DNA of 64,000 nucleotides from Macrostomum lignano (Eukaryota): NCBI GenBank assembly GCA_002269645.1, contig NIVC01000291.1, positions 248,001 to 312,000 of the forward strand, read 5' to 3'. Shown piece by piece: positions 37,755 to 49,200 of this stretch (position 1 is its first letter; each line of letters starts with the position of its first letter). The notes under the pieces were generated by a model. It saw only the letters and a program-made list of their open reading frames with translations, ran no database searches and was not told where the DNA came from. The position numbers and the translations under genes were made by a program.

Positions 37755-38068
37755 TATCTGTAGCTGGCACTCCATCTGTAGCTGGCACCCCAATCTGTAG
37801 CTGGCACCCCCATCTGTAGCTGGCACCCCATCTGTAGCTGGCACCCCATCTGTAGCTGGCACCCCAATCTGTAGCTGGCACCCCAATCTGTAGCTGGCAC
37901 CCCCATCTGTAGCTGGCACCCCAATCTGTAGCTGGCACCCAATCTGTAGCTGGCACCCCCATCTGTAGCTGGCACCCCATCTGTAGCTGGCACCCCAATC
38001 TGTAGCTGGCACCCAATCTGTAGCTGGCACCCCCATCTGTAGCTGGCACCCCATCTGTAGCTGGCACC
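37755..38068. repeat. 18-19 bp minisatellite
   Basis: TGTAGCTGGCACCCC(A)ATC tandem copies. Confidence 0.9.
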
Positions 38069-38576
38069 TCTTGAAGCCATTCAAGGCAGTGGCAATTCTC
38101 CCGCAGGCAGTTTATTGGCTTGCGATTCGCGTGCCCCGCAACCAACGCATTGGCTGATGAGGCCACAATAAAAATTTTCAGTTTGCGGCTCAACAAAGAA
38201 TTTCAATGAATCAACTTTCTTGCACACAAGAATGAGATTGGTTAACAAGTTTAATAAAGAACAGTTCGAACGGTGATGTACGGGGAAAAACTTGATGAAA
38301 AAACATATCGACTTGATGGCTCGTGAAGGCGACTGAAACACACTTGTGCTTACACCCAGCACTACAGGTCAGTAAGTTAAAACAAAGTTACAAATGGACA
38401 AACGCATTAATAGGAAAACCTACTGCTTATGCATGGTGAGGGGTGCTTTACAATTCTATCAAATCCCAAAACATGGAAAATTATAAATCCCAATTGCTCG
38501 AGATGTCCCCACAAAAAACAAGAATCCAAGTTATCAATAATGACATCCACCTCGGGGAATTTCCAGACCTTCAGCC

Positions 38577-39167
38577 TCAGGCAGCCGGCATGGCGGGCAT
38601 CGGCGGCTCGCGCTGCTGCTGCTGGCTCTGCTGCTCCCGCAGAAGCAGATCCCGCCTGTGGCGCAGCCTCCGACGCAGCTGATCCTTGGCGTCGCCAGCA
38701 GCTCCGTCGGAGCCTTCGCCGCCGTCTCCAGCCAGGAGGCTGCGGGTGCCGGTGGGCGGCAGTCGGGTGTGCCGCTTGCACTCGCACAGCACCTGGTCGT
38801 AGATGACGGCGGAGCGGCAGCGCACGAAGGTGTGCCGGACGGCGCCGGTGACATTGCGCTGGCAGAGCTGCTGGCCGAAGCACTGCAGGAAGTTGCAGCT
38901 GCAGGCGTCGTCGGCCACGGCGCCGCAGTCGATGGTGGCGCGCAGACCCGTGCCGTGCTGAACCTCCAGCAGCTGCTCAGCGTAGTGCTCCATCATCCAG
39001 CGCTCCGTCTGCGCCTCGATGGAGCGGCGCTGGATCTTCTTCTTGGCCTTGGCGAACAGGTAGTCCTTCTCGAACTCGCCGTCCTCCCACTCTTCGCTGC
39101 GCGATTCGAACCACTTGATTCCGCCCAGGGCGATGAGGAACAGGGCCACCGCGCTCTTCTCCCGCAT
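38577..39167 (-). CDS. Secreted Cys-rich precursor protein 2 (~196 aa), paralog of 30088-31129
   Basis: MREKSAVALFLIALGG signal-like N-terminus; KKK, RRS and EHY; C-x8-CSC-x4-CFG-x3-C...FxRC...LCECK. Confidence 0.7.
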   Translation of the reverse strand: MREKSAVALFLIALGGIKWFESRSEEWEDGEFEKDYLFAKAKKKIQRRSIEAQTERWMMEHYAEQLLEVQHGTGLRATIDCGAVADDACSCNFLQCFGQQLCQRNVTGAVRHTFVRCRSAVIYDQVLCECKRHTRLPPTGTRSLLAGDGGEGSDGAAGDAKDQLRRRLRHRRDLLLREQQSQQQQREPPMPAMPAA

Positions 39168-39234
39168 TGCTGGCTGGGCGCTGAAAGCAGATGGGAGCGC
39201 CTGTGGCTTTGCGCTGCTTAGTGCTGGACACCCG

Positions 39235-39585
39235 GCAATGGGTGCACGATGGGGCATTGGGTGCACGATGGGGCATTGGGTGCACGATGGGGCATTGGGT
39301 GCACTGAATCAGCTGCCTGATGCAGAGGGCATTGGGTGCACGATGGGGCATTGGGTGCACGATGGGGCATTGGGTGCACGATGGGGAATTGGGTGCACTG
39401 AATCAGCTGCCTGATGCAGAGGGCATTGGGTGCACTGAATCAGCTGCCTGATGCAGAGGGCATTGGGTGCACTGAATCAGCTGCCTGATGCAGAGGGCAT
39501 TGGGTGCACTGAATCAGCTGCCTGATGCAGAGGGCATTGGGTGCACTGAATCAGCTGCCTGATGCAGAGGGCATTGGGTGCACTG
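39235..39585. repeat. 19/37-bp composite minisatellite
   Basis: GGGCATTGGGTGCAC core followed by GATG or TGAATCAGCTGCCTGATGCAGA. Confidence 0.9.
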
Positions 39586-40279
39586 ACTAATGTATGTACC
39601 TGAACAATTATATGTAGATAAAAGTACACTGCAGGAGACTGAGACACCTGTCACCTGACAGAATGGGTAATTACGGTCGCTATGAGTAGCAAGTTAGGAA
39701 TGTGATCGGATAAATATATCCCCACTCAAAAATTTGCCTTAGTAAAAAATCCCAATTTTATAAGACAAACGAGAAGCAAAATCGTCACACGAGTTCAGAC
39801 CGTGTGAATAAAATTTCGCTGTGTACTTTCATTAGATGAAAATGGGATAAAATGTGGCATTAATGAAAAAGTAAGCAGCACAGCTGTGGGTTAGATTAGC
39901 ACAGAAGCACCATGAGTATTGATAATTGAGCTCAGAGATTCGGTTCGAAAAAATGAGACAAAAATGAAACAGAAAAACAAAGTTCCAGCACAACTGGTCT
40001 GTTGGAATGTTCAGAGCCACAGAAAAACACTAAAAGAATGACGGAAGACAAAAAAACGAGGTTGAGTCGATAAACTCGAATATCACAAATTCATATCGAG
40101 TTATTGAAGCGAAGCCGCACAGCAAACACGGGGGGTGGCGCACAGATGCAGGAGAGGGTTTGGGATGGCCTGACTGAATGACTGCGCGGTTTCTGCTGCT
40201 GGTGATCCATTTTGATCATCTGTGACAAACTGGGTGGGGCAGTCTGGCCGCTGATAAAAATAACATCCTGCTCATGATG

Positions 40280-40475
40280 CTAGCATGGTGCTAGCAGTAC
40301 AGCTGATGCCTAGCACTATGAGCTCATGATGCTAGCAGTACAGCTGATGCCTAGCACTATGAGCTCATGATGCTAGCAGTACAGCTGATGCCTAGCACTA
40401 TGAGCTCATGATGCTAGCAGTACAGCTGATGCCTAGCACTATGAGCTCATGATGCTAGCAGTACAGCTGATGCAG
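40280..40475. repeat. 41-bp tandem repeat
   Basis: GCAGTACAGCTGATGCCTAGCACTATGAGCTCATGATGCTA, ~4-5 copies. Confidence 0.9.
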
Positions 40476-40517
40476 AGCACTGAGTTCACTCGTGAACAGT
40501 AATGATCAAGGTGACAG

Positions 40518-43500
40518 TCACTTCCGCCTCTCGGCCATCATGGCCAGGCGGTCCCGCAGGCCCTGCCTCAGCTTGTTCCTCTCGAACTTAGTCGGCACGC
40601 TGCTGCCCTCGGGACCGCCGCCGCTGCGGCCTCCGTTGGCCCGCTTGGAGCAGCCGTGGGCGGGGCCGTCTGCGTGCTGCTCACAGAAGCGGCCGCCGCA
40701 GGCGACGCAAGGCGCGCAGTCGGCGCCGAGACGGCTGCCGCAGTCCTGCACCCGGCACAGCTTGTCCAGCTGGCGGGCCTCGGCCAGCAGCCGCTGGATG
40801 TCGTTGGCGTGCACGGACTCGAACGGGCGCACCTTGGCGAGGCGCTGCGGCTGCTTCTGAGGCTGCTGGCCGGCGCTCTGGTGCAGCAGGGCGTGGCGCT
40901 GCTCCATCTCGGTGAGGCGGCCTGCCAGGCGCTCCTTGTCGGCTTCGATGGCCTGCCGGATGGCCGCCTTGCGCCGGTCGCCGGGCCGCTTGTGACGGCG
41001 GAGCTCCGCCTGCCGGCGGGCGAGCTGCTCGAGCTCGCGGTCCGCGTCAGCCCGGTCCTGCCGTAGCTGCTGGCGCTGGTTGGCCCGGCAATTGCCGATG
41101 TGCACCTGCGGGAGGACGATGGGCAACTCTGCTGGACTGTGGGGGCGATTCTGCTGGACTGTGGGGCGATTCTGCTGGACTGTGGGGCGATTCTGCTGGA
41201 CTGTGGGGGCAACTCTGCTGGACTGTGGGGCGATTCTGCTGGACTGTGGGGGCAACTCTGGACTGTGGGGCAACTCTGCTGGACTGTGGGGGCAACTCTG
41301 CTGGACTGTGGGGGCAACTCTGCTGGACTGTGGGGCGATTCTGCTGGACTGTGGGGCAACTCTGCTGGACTGTGGGGCGATTCTGCTGGACTATGGGGCA
41401 ACTCTGCTGGACTGTGAGGAGATTCTGCTGGACTGTGGGGCAACTCTGCTGGACTGTGAGGAGATTCTGCTGGACTGTGGGGCAACTCTGCTGGACTGTG
41501 GGGCAACTCTGCTGGACTGTGGGGCAACTCTGCTGGACTGTGGGGCAACTCTGCTGGACTGTGGGGCAACTCTGCTGGACTGTGGGGCAACTCTGCTGGA
41601 CTGTGGGGAGATTCTGCTGGACTGTGGGAAGATTCTGCTGGACTGTGAGGAAATTCTGCTTCCGCCTTCCGACTAAGCAGAATTCAGAATCCGAACTTCC
41701 GGCTGCCTCACCGCCTTGATGACCAGAGGCACCTCCTCCTGGCACAGGTAGCAGAGGAAGTTCTCCTCCGGGATCGTCTGGCTCCAGTTGTCGTGTCGGG
41801 ACGCCGCCGAGGCACCGCTGCCACGCTGGCCGGGCGGTCCGTCTGCCTCCTCCGTTTCCAGCCAGGCGTCGCTGCAGGCGATGGTCGCCGAGGTTGCGCC
41901 GCCACTCCCCACGCCGCCATCATCGTCGCCATCGCCGCCGACTTTTATGCCGAAGGAGGCGCAGCCGCTGCAGCTGACGCCGCCTCCGCCGGTCGCCGAG
42001 TCGCTGCCGCTGCTCGGCTGCTCGGCCGCCTTCTTCGACTGCTCAGAGGCCTCCTGTATGAGTCGGCGGGCTTCGGCACGCTGCGCCTCCCGGTGCCTTC
42101 GAGGAGCAGACAAAGATAGATTGATAGAGTAGGTATTTTAGCTGTAGAAGCAGTTAGAGCAGGTTGGGGCAGATGGATCAGGCAGGTGTTGTGTAGTTGG
42201 TTTGCAGATATGTACATCTGCTATGTACATTTGTTTTCCGATATTGATCTGTCGCAGCTAAATGAATATATAAGTATAAATATACCAGTCGGTAGGCCAA
42301 CTTGGGCTAAGTTCGTGTGTTCCCCTAAATTCAGCCTGACTTTCTCGACACAACAGCAGGTACAGATGGATCAGGCAGCAGCAGATAGATCAGGCAGCAG
42401 CAGATGGGTCAGACAGGGGCAGATGGATCAGGCAGCAGCAGATGGGTCAGGCAGCAGCAGATGGGTCAGGCAGCAGCAGATGGGTCAGGCAGCAGCAGAT
42501 GGGTCAGGCAGCAGCAGATGGGTCAGGCAGCAGCAGATGGATCAGGCAGCAGCAGATGGGTCAGGCAGGGGCAGATGGATCAGGCAGCAGCAGATGGGTC
42601 AGGCAGCAGCAGATGGGTCAGGCAGCAGCAGATGGGTCAGGCAGCAGCAGATGGGTCAGGCAGCAGCAGATGGGTCAGGCAGCAGCAGATGGATCAGGCA
42701 GCAGCAGATGGATCAGGCAGCAGCAGATGGGTCAGGCGGCACAGATGGGTCAGGCGGCACAGATGGATCAGGCAGCAGCAGATGGGTCAGGCAGGTACAG
42801 AAGGCAGGAGAGGCGCGGCAAGTCACCTGGCCTGCTGCTCCTTCGCCATGGCGTAGGGCTTCCTGACAACGTAGGCGCGCTCGTGGCTCCGCAAGGCGAC
42901 CTCCTTGAAGAACAGGCCGCGCTCCTTGGCGAACCACCGCACTGCCCGACGGTCGGCTGGCTGCATCCGGCCCTCGAAGCGAAATTCGGTCACCATCGGG
43001 TCATTCAGGAACTTCAGAAGCTTCGTCTCCACCCGGATGGCAGCTTCGCTCGCTTGGCTGCCAAACCCGCCCCCGCCGACGTCGCCGCTGCCGATGGGTT
43101 CGTCACCGCCGCATGCCGCGCTTGACACCGCCTTCGACATTGGCTCGTCGCTGCCACAGGAGGTGCCGCTGACGGCGTTCCTGCTGCCAGCGTCGTCACC
43201 GGCCTTTACAGAGAAGGTCGCAAATCCGGCGTCATTGTCTTGAAAGTCGCCACCGACGCTGCAGCCTCCGCCGACGGAGACCGAGCCGATCCCGTAGTCA
43301 ATCGGCTCGTCGCTGCCGCAGGCGGTGCCGCCAACGCCGCCACCAGAGGAGACCGAGCCAATCCCGTAGTCAATCGGCTCGTCGCTGCCGCAGGCGGTGC
43401 CACTGACGCCACTGACGCTGCTGGCGCCGCCGCTGTCGTTGCCGACCTTCACAGAAAAGGTGGCGAAGTCGGGCTCGTGTGAGCGACTCTTGCCAGCGCC

Positions 43501-43935
43501 GCCGCTGCCACCGCAGCTAAAGGACGCGCCCGCCGTGGTCAGCTCAGCCGAACCAGCTGAAGAAGTCGGTGGCGCACTCGGCGATGCGGACAGGCGCTGC
43601 ATCTCCTGCAGCATCTCGTTGATCATGCTCCGGCGACTGGCCTTGTCAATGGCCGGCTTGGCCTGGCCACTGGCCGCGGGCGGTGTGTAGAACGGGTTGA
43701 AGTCGTCGCAGACGATGGGCGAAGGTGGCTGAGGCGGCGGCTGCTCGCTGCCCGCGGCCTGATTGCCAATGTAGAAGGGGTTGTAGTCATAGTCCTCCGG
43801 AGACAGGCCGGAGGCTGGCAGAGCTTCCTGGGTGGCCTCCACCTGCGCCCCAGAGCCGATGATGCGGCTTTTAAACAAGTTCTTGCCAAATTTGGGCTGA
43901 GTAACCTGCTGCGAGCCTTCTGACACAGATGTCAT
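40518..43935 (-). CDS. R3H-like plus AN1-type zinc-finger protein (exons 42827-43935, 41712-42096, 40518-41105)
   Basis: R3H-like FEGRMQPADRRAVRWFAKERGL...RAYVVRK; CYLC...H...C finger across the exon 2/3 junction; AN1 CRVQDC...CVACGGRFCEQH...HGC; canonical splice sites. Confidence 0.7.
41125..41650. repeat. Intronic 21-bp minisatellite
   Basis: TGCTGGACTGTGGGGCAACTC and variants. Confidence 0.9.
42360..42790. repeat. Intronic 19-bp minisatellite
   Basis: GG(G/A)TCAGGCAGCAGCAGAT tandem copies. Confidence 0.9.
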
Positions 43936-45205
43936 TGAAACTATCTGCTTGCTAATATCAGCTATTGACAGCTCTAAAGATTCAGAAGGTGCAGTATAAC
44001 ATCCTGAAAAAGTTTATATGAATTTTGCTTTTAGCATTAATGTATGTATACCTAAATAGATACTATCCTACTAAAAAAGGGTATTGTTCAAGGGTTGAAT
44101 CATTAGCTTGGTAAAGAAAATATAATTATAAGTTACATCTCTGATAGGATAACTTACAAGAACTAAGCCATCTAGAAAATTTCAGACACTTAAATGTACC
44201 TTAATATTCCTCTATAATTTTTTTCCAATATACAATAAGCAAACCAATAACTTCTTTGCATTTATTAAGCTACTAATCTATGTTGCCAGAGGCATATATT
44301 TTTAGAAATTCACAAATATTTAATTATTGATAAACTGTTAATAATATTAATATATTATAATTAATTATTAATAAACACAATTAGCTATTATAGTTAACTC
44401 ATGACAATTAAAAAGCACCTAAAGATAATAAAGCTACCTATACAAACTAGGGAATACAATTCTAGGATCCTGGAATTAGGCCAAAATCTTAGGATTCGAA
44501 ATCTTAGGATTGACCATTGGGATCCCAATCCCATTTTCAATAATTAAATCATTCATTTTTAAGTAGTAGTATCTGCAGCGAAGGTACTTATTATGTGAAA
44601 ATAATAATACTCTTGTCCTTTTTGATTTATTAATATTTTAAGCATGTAGATTGCAGGCTACTCACAAGCTAGGGCTACAGGAATACAAAACAAAAGCTAT
44701 AATTAGCAGATTGTAAGATATAAGATATAATGTTGTAATGATATATGTGTTATAAATTAATGTATGGTAATGTATGGTTTTTATAGTATGATATAGTTTA
44801 GGCATATTCTGTTCTACTTTCATTTATAGCCTTTTCAGATTAGATTAGATCAGATTAGATGGCTTTGTAAACCAAATTTTAGCTAATAAAGATTAGTTCA
44901 AGCTTTTTAATCCTAGGATCATGGAATTGGCAAAGTCTGGCATATCCCAACCCAAAGAATCCTGGGACTGGTAAAACTCGGAATTTCATATACCCAATAG
45001 CCTAGAAACTTTACTTTTATATAAACTTTAAATAGTGACAGTGTGTCAATTTTAAAATAGTCTAACTATAAAAGACACAAGACAGGAAACTAAATATACA
45101 TAAAAATCAACGCAAAGTAGTATTTTAGGCCCTAACCTTTTATCCTCGAGCTTGTCGTCAGTGATTTATATTCTATCAACGATAGACAACGAAATATAAT
45201 ATATA

Positions 45206-45646
45206 GGTCACTGGTCAGATCGTCATATTCCATTTCGTCATATCGGATGACGAAGTGACCAGAAGCAAAGTAGCTTTGAAAAATAATATGACGAAGTGAC
45301 CAAATATTTAGTTATGCTGGATACTTCGTCATCAAACCAATCAATCTGTGTGAGATTCGAGTTAGTGTAAACTATTTTTGTCTTTATTAACTATAAGCTG
45401 CGGCAAGCAGAACCGATCGATCGACAGGTTTTATCAATCGAGATGTCAAAATGACTGGGATGATTAGGATTCCATGTAAATATGTTTAATTGCCACATTA
45501 TAACTTGGAAGTTGGAACTGGTGGATGACGAAATGACTCTCTTGAGGTAGTGCATGCAAATCAAGATGACGAAGTGACCCTAGTCGAGGTGGGCACCCCA
45601 GACACCCCAGATGACGAAATGGCAGATGACGAAGTGACTAGAAACC
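45206..45646. mobile_element. Putative MITE with imperfect TIRs and repeated ATGACGAAGTGAC motifs
   Basis: Left GGTCACTGGTCAGATCGTCAT versus reverse complement of the right end GGTTTCTAGTCACTTCGTCAT (16/21 match); AT-rich flanks. Confidence 0.5.
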
Positions 45647-46275
45647 AATATATATAGATGCCTGACAAAAAACTTAAAGGGCTGTCCTCTATGATCTTAT
45701 ATTAATAAGATTTTATCTTAACTTATTATTTAAGTGAGCAGACTTTTTTATTTGGTTCCTTGATTGCATTGTTAACAAGGAATGATTTTAAAAAGAATAA
45801 AGTTGTTTTTATTAAACTAGCGCGCAAGTAAACAATCACAAGTAGGCCTCTAAAATTAGTGCTTTTGCTTAGAGAGAGAAATAGTTAAATTTATAAGAAA
45901 AGTTATTATATGGTACGTTTTCAATTTTATAGATTTTAAGATTTTAAAATTTATTTCACTGCGTAAATATTTTTAAAATATGAACTTTCTAAGACACATT
46001 TCAAGCTGGGGGACCGTTGTACTGTGCCTGTTATCTGTTCGGTGCCCCATGGTCATTGAAAGATTGTGGCAGTAAATAATATTGCGTGTTCAAATTTGCT
46101 TTGAAGAAAATTACCTTTTTTGCCATAAGCTACAACGACGATTAGCTACGCCAATATATCAGTCATAAGTTAGTCCAAGACAAAATTGCACTAATTCTAA
46201 TTTCTAAGATACGATCATTATATTTTATAAACAGATTACTAAGAATAAAGTAGTAAAGTACTAGAAGAAAATAAA

Positions 46276-49200
46276 ATGTCTTTGTTGCGACTTAGCTCTG
46301 GTTTACGATTCTTTACGAGCATGAGGTAACTTAATTTAGCAATTCATTTATAGCTGTGCTGTACATGGTTCATTTAAACTGGATGGCTATATATGTTTAT
46401 CTATCATTGACATTGACATTAAAATTTATTGTTTTTTATAGTTATAACAATAGATACTATAATAGAGCCATGGCAAGTTGCCTAATATTTTAGGCTATCC
46501 TATAGCTTAATAAGAAATCTATTATTTATTTATTTTCTCATTGTCAAAGTATCAAAGGTCAAAGGATAGTGATTATTAGCTAGTATTTAAGAAGTCCAAA
46601 AAGCTTACTTTACAAACATTAAAACATTAGAATAAAATAATAGAGTGAGTAACTTTGTTTCTTAGCAATACACCCTAAGTAGAACAATAAATAATTGTAA
46701 CTTTTATATATTCAATGTAATAATAATATAGTTATTTTTTGAAATATTTTCTGAGCCCTGTTTTTTTACTAATAATAAATATAACAAAAAAGTTAAAATG
46801 TATTTTTAAGATCATGAAAAAATAAAGCTTTAGAAAGATAAAGGCTATGACTAGGTTTAAATTAATTAATTTTGTAGGCTTATATGGTTTTAATATTAGA
46901 TAAATTTGTGCACAGTTTTCTCATATAAGCTTTGACACTGACTTGCTAGTATTGTAGGAGTTCACTTGCTGTATATTGTATATTGTAAAATGCAATTTTG
47001 AATTTAAAGTTAAAATCAAACTTAAAAGTTGCTATATATAAATGATGCCTTTGTAAAATTTAATATTTAGCAGTGTTGGGCACCATTAATGAAAATCTTA
47101 ATTTCTGTTAATGACAAAAGCATTAGCGTTAAAACAAAAAAATCTTAACTCATTAATTCATAATTTTGTTAAGTTAATTGGACGTTAACCAACACTGATA
47201 TTTAGAACATTTATTATTAGGCTTATAGGCCCTAATCGCATAATATTTTAAAGTTATTAAATCCTATATACTAAAAATGAGTTGTCTGTAGGTAGGTATG
47301 TTGTCTACTAAAGTTGTCTATTTAATAAGTTTAGTTCTTTTTACTTTGCCATATCTAGAATTAATATGGCACTAGCAGTTAAATATACTAGATGTCTTGT
47401 AGAGCTAATTGCTTTCGTTGTATATTTTTCCTTTAGTATTTTGTTTATTTATATATTTTTTTTTGTTTTATTTATCTTATTTTTATGTTATTGTTTTATA
47501 TATCCCTTTTTATAATTTTTGATACTTGGTTAATTAGTCTTGCAAAATTTCTTTTTTGACTACCTTTTTATTGGATATATTAGCTATACAATGTATATTT
47601 ATGAACATTGTACCTTACAAACAATAAGAATATTATCCTATTTTTAATAATATCCTAGTAAAAAGAATCATTCTTTATTAGTTTTACAATAGTTTGGTTA
47701 CAAAATAACCTAGGCTACAGTATATATTAATCTTCCTACCTATCTACCAACAAACCATTTTTAGTATATGGATGCATCCTACTATGTTATGTAATATGAT
47801 AAGGCACAGAAGTTGCAGAAACATATAAACTCTATGTCTTATAGCTTACTTTAAATTGAATATTTGTCTTTAAATCCTAAGAATCCTAAAATTATAACTA
47901 GCAATCAATATCTCCCTTTGGTAAGCCAACAAAAATAAACTATTTAAAAAAAATATAAAGAGACTATGGGCAGTAATGCCTCTTGCCAGTTGTGTACCAA
48001 TGTCGCTTAAAGTGCGCCAGGGTGCACACAACCCCCTTGCCTCTAAAAAAAAATAAAGAGACTATATTTTTTAAATAAATTACATGTAGCTTCTGACCTC
48101 ATCCTTGATATCTTAGCAATTCCTTTTCAAAGCTTCAACTTCTTAGCAATACCCTCTTTTGTGCCTTTAATGCCTTCTATGTTATATATTCTTCTATGTC
48201 TGGTATAATGCTTTTATGTTTGACATGACTCTTATATTTTAATTTGATTTAAAAATATAATTGAATATTCTTTTCCCTGTCCTTAGTCCAAAATATAGGG
48301 TGAAATTATAAAATATTTATGATATTTATCAAACTTGGCCTCTCTTTGAACACCCCAATGCTCCTTGTCCCATACCTACACTTTTCTGAATTTATGTCTG
48401 GATATGCTGAATGTGATGTTATGTGATATGCTAAACCCTACTGTTAACCCTAACCAACCATAAACCCAAACCAACCCTAACCTACCATAAACCTTAACCT
48501 ACTGTTAACCCTAACCCAACCCTTAACCTACTAAACACTCTAACCTACTGTTAACCTTAACCTACCATCAACCCTAACCTACCATAAACCCTAACCAACC
48601 CTAAACTACCATAAACCCTAACCCAACCCTAAACTACCATAAACCCTAACCCAACCCTAAACTACCATAAACCCTAACCCAACCCTAAACTACCATAAAC
48701 CCTAACCCAACCCTAAACTACCATAAACCCTAACCCAATCCTAAACTACCATAAACCCTAACCCAACCCTAAACTACCATAAACCCTAACCCAACCCTAA
48801 ACTACCATAAACCCTAACCCAACCCTAAACTACCATAAACCCTAACCCAACCCTAACCTACCATTAGCCCTATCCTAAATCACTGGCAAACATTACAGCA
48901 GTCAGTTGTGCTCCCGCTGCATGCCATATGCAAAATACATTTTCAAACGTATTCCAATAGAGTCATACTTAGATATTGGTGAATGTAAGAGATCAGTACA
49001 GCCCATTCATTACAACTGTGAGCTAGAATCTTATTGTACAGCAAGAGCCACAGCTGAACACTGCCACCGCCCCCAGGAGCCTCTGCTCTGCAGCTGTTCA
49101 GCGGCCGGAGATCGGGCAGGCCGGCAGCCTGCTGGACATTGGCACCAGGCGCATCTTCACCGAGGAGCACGACCTGCTCAGGGACACCTGCCGGAAGTTC

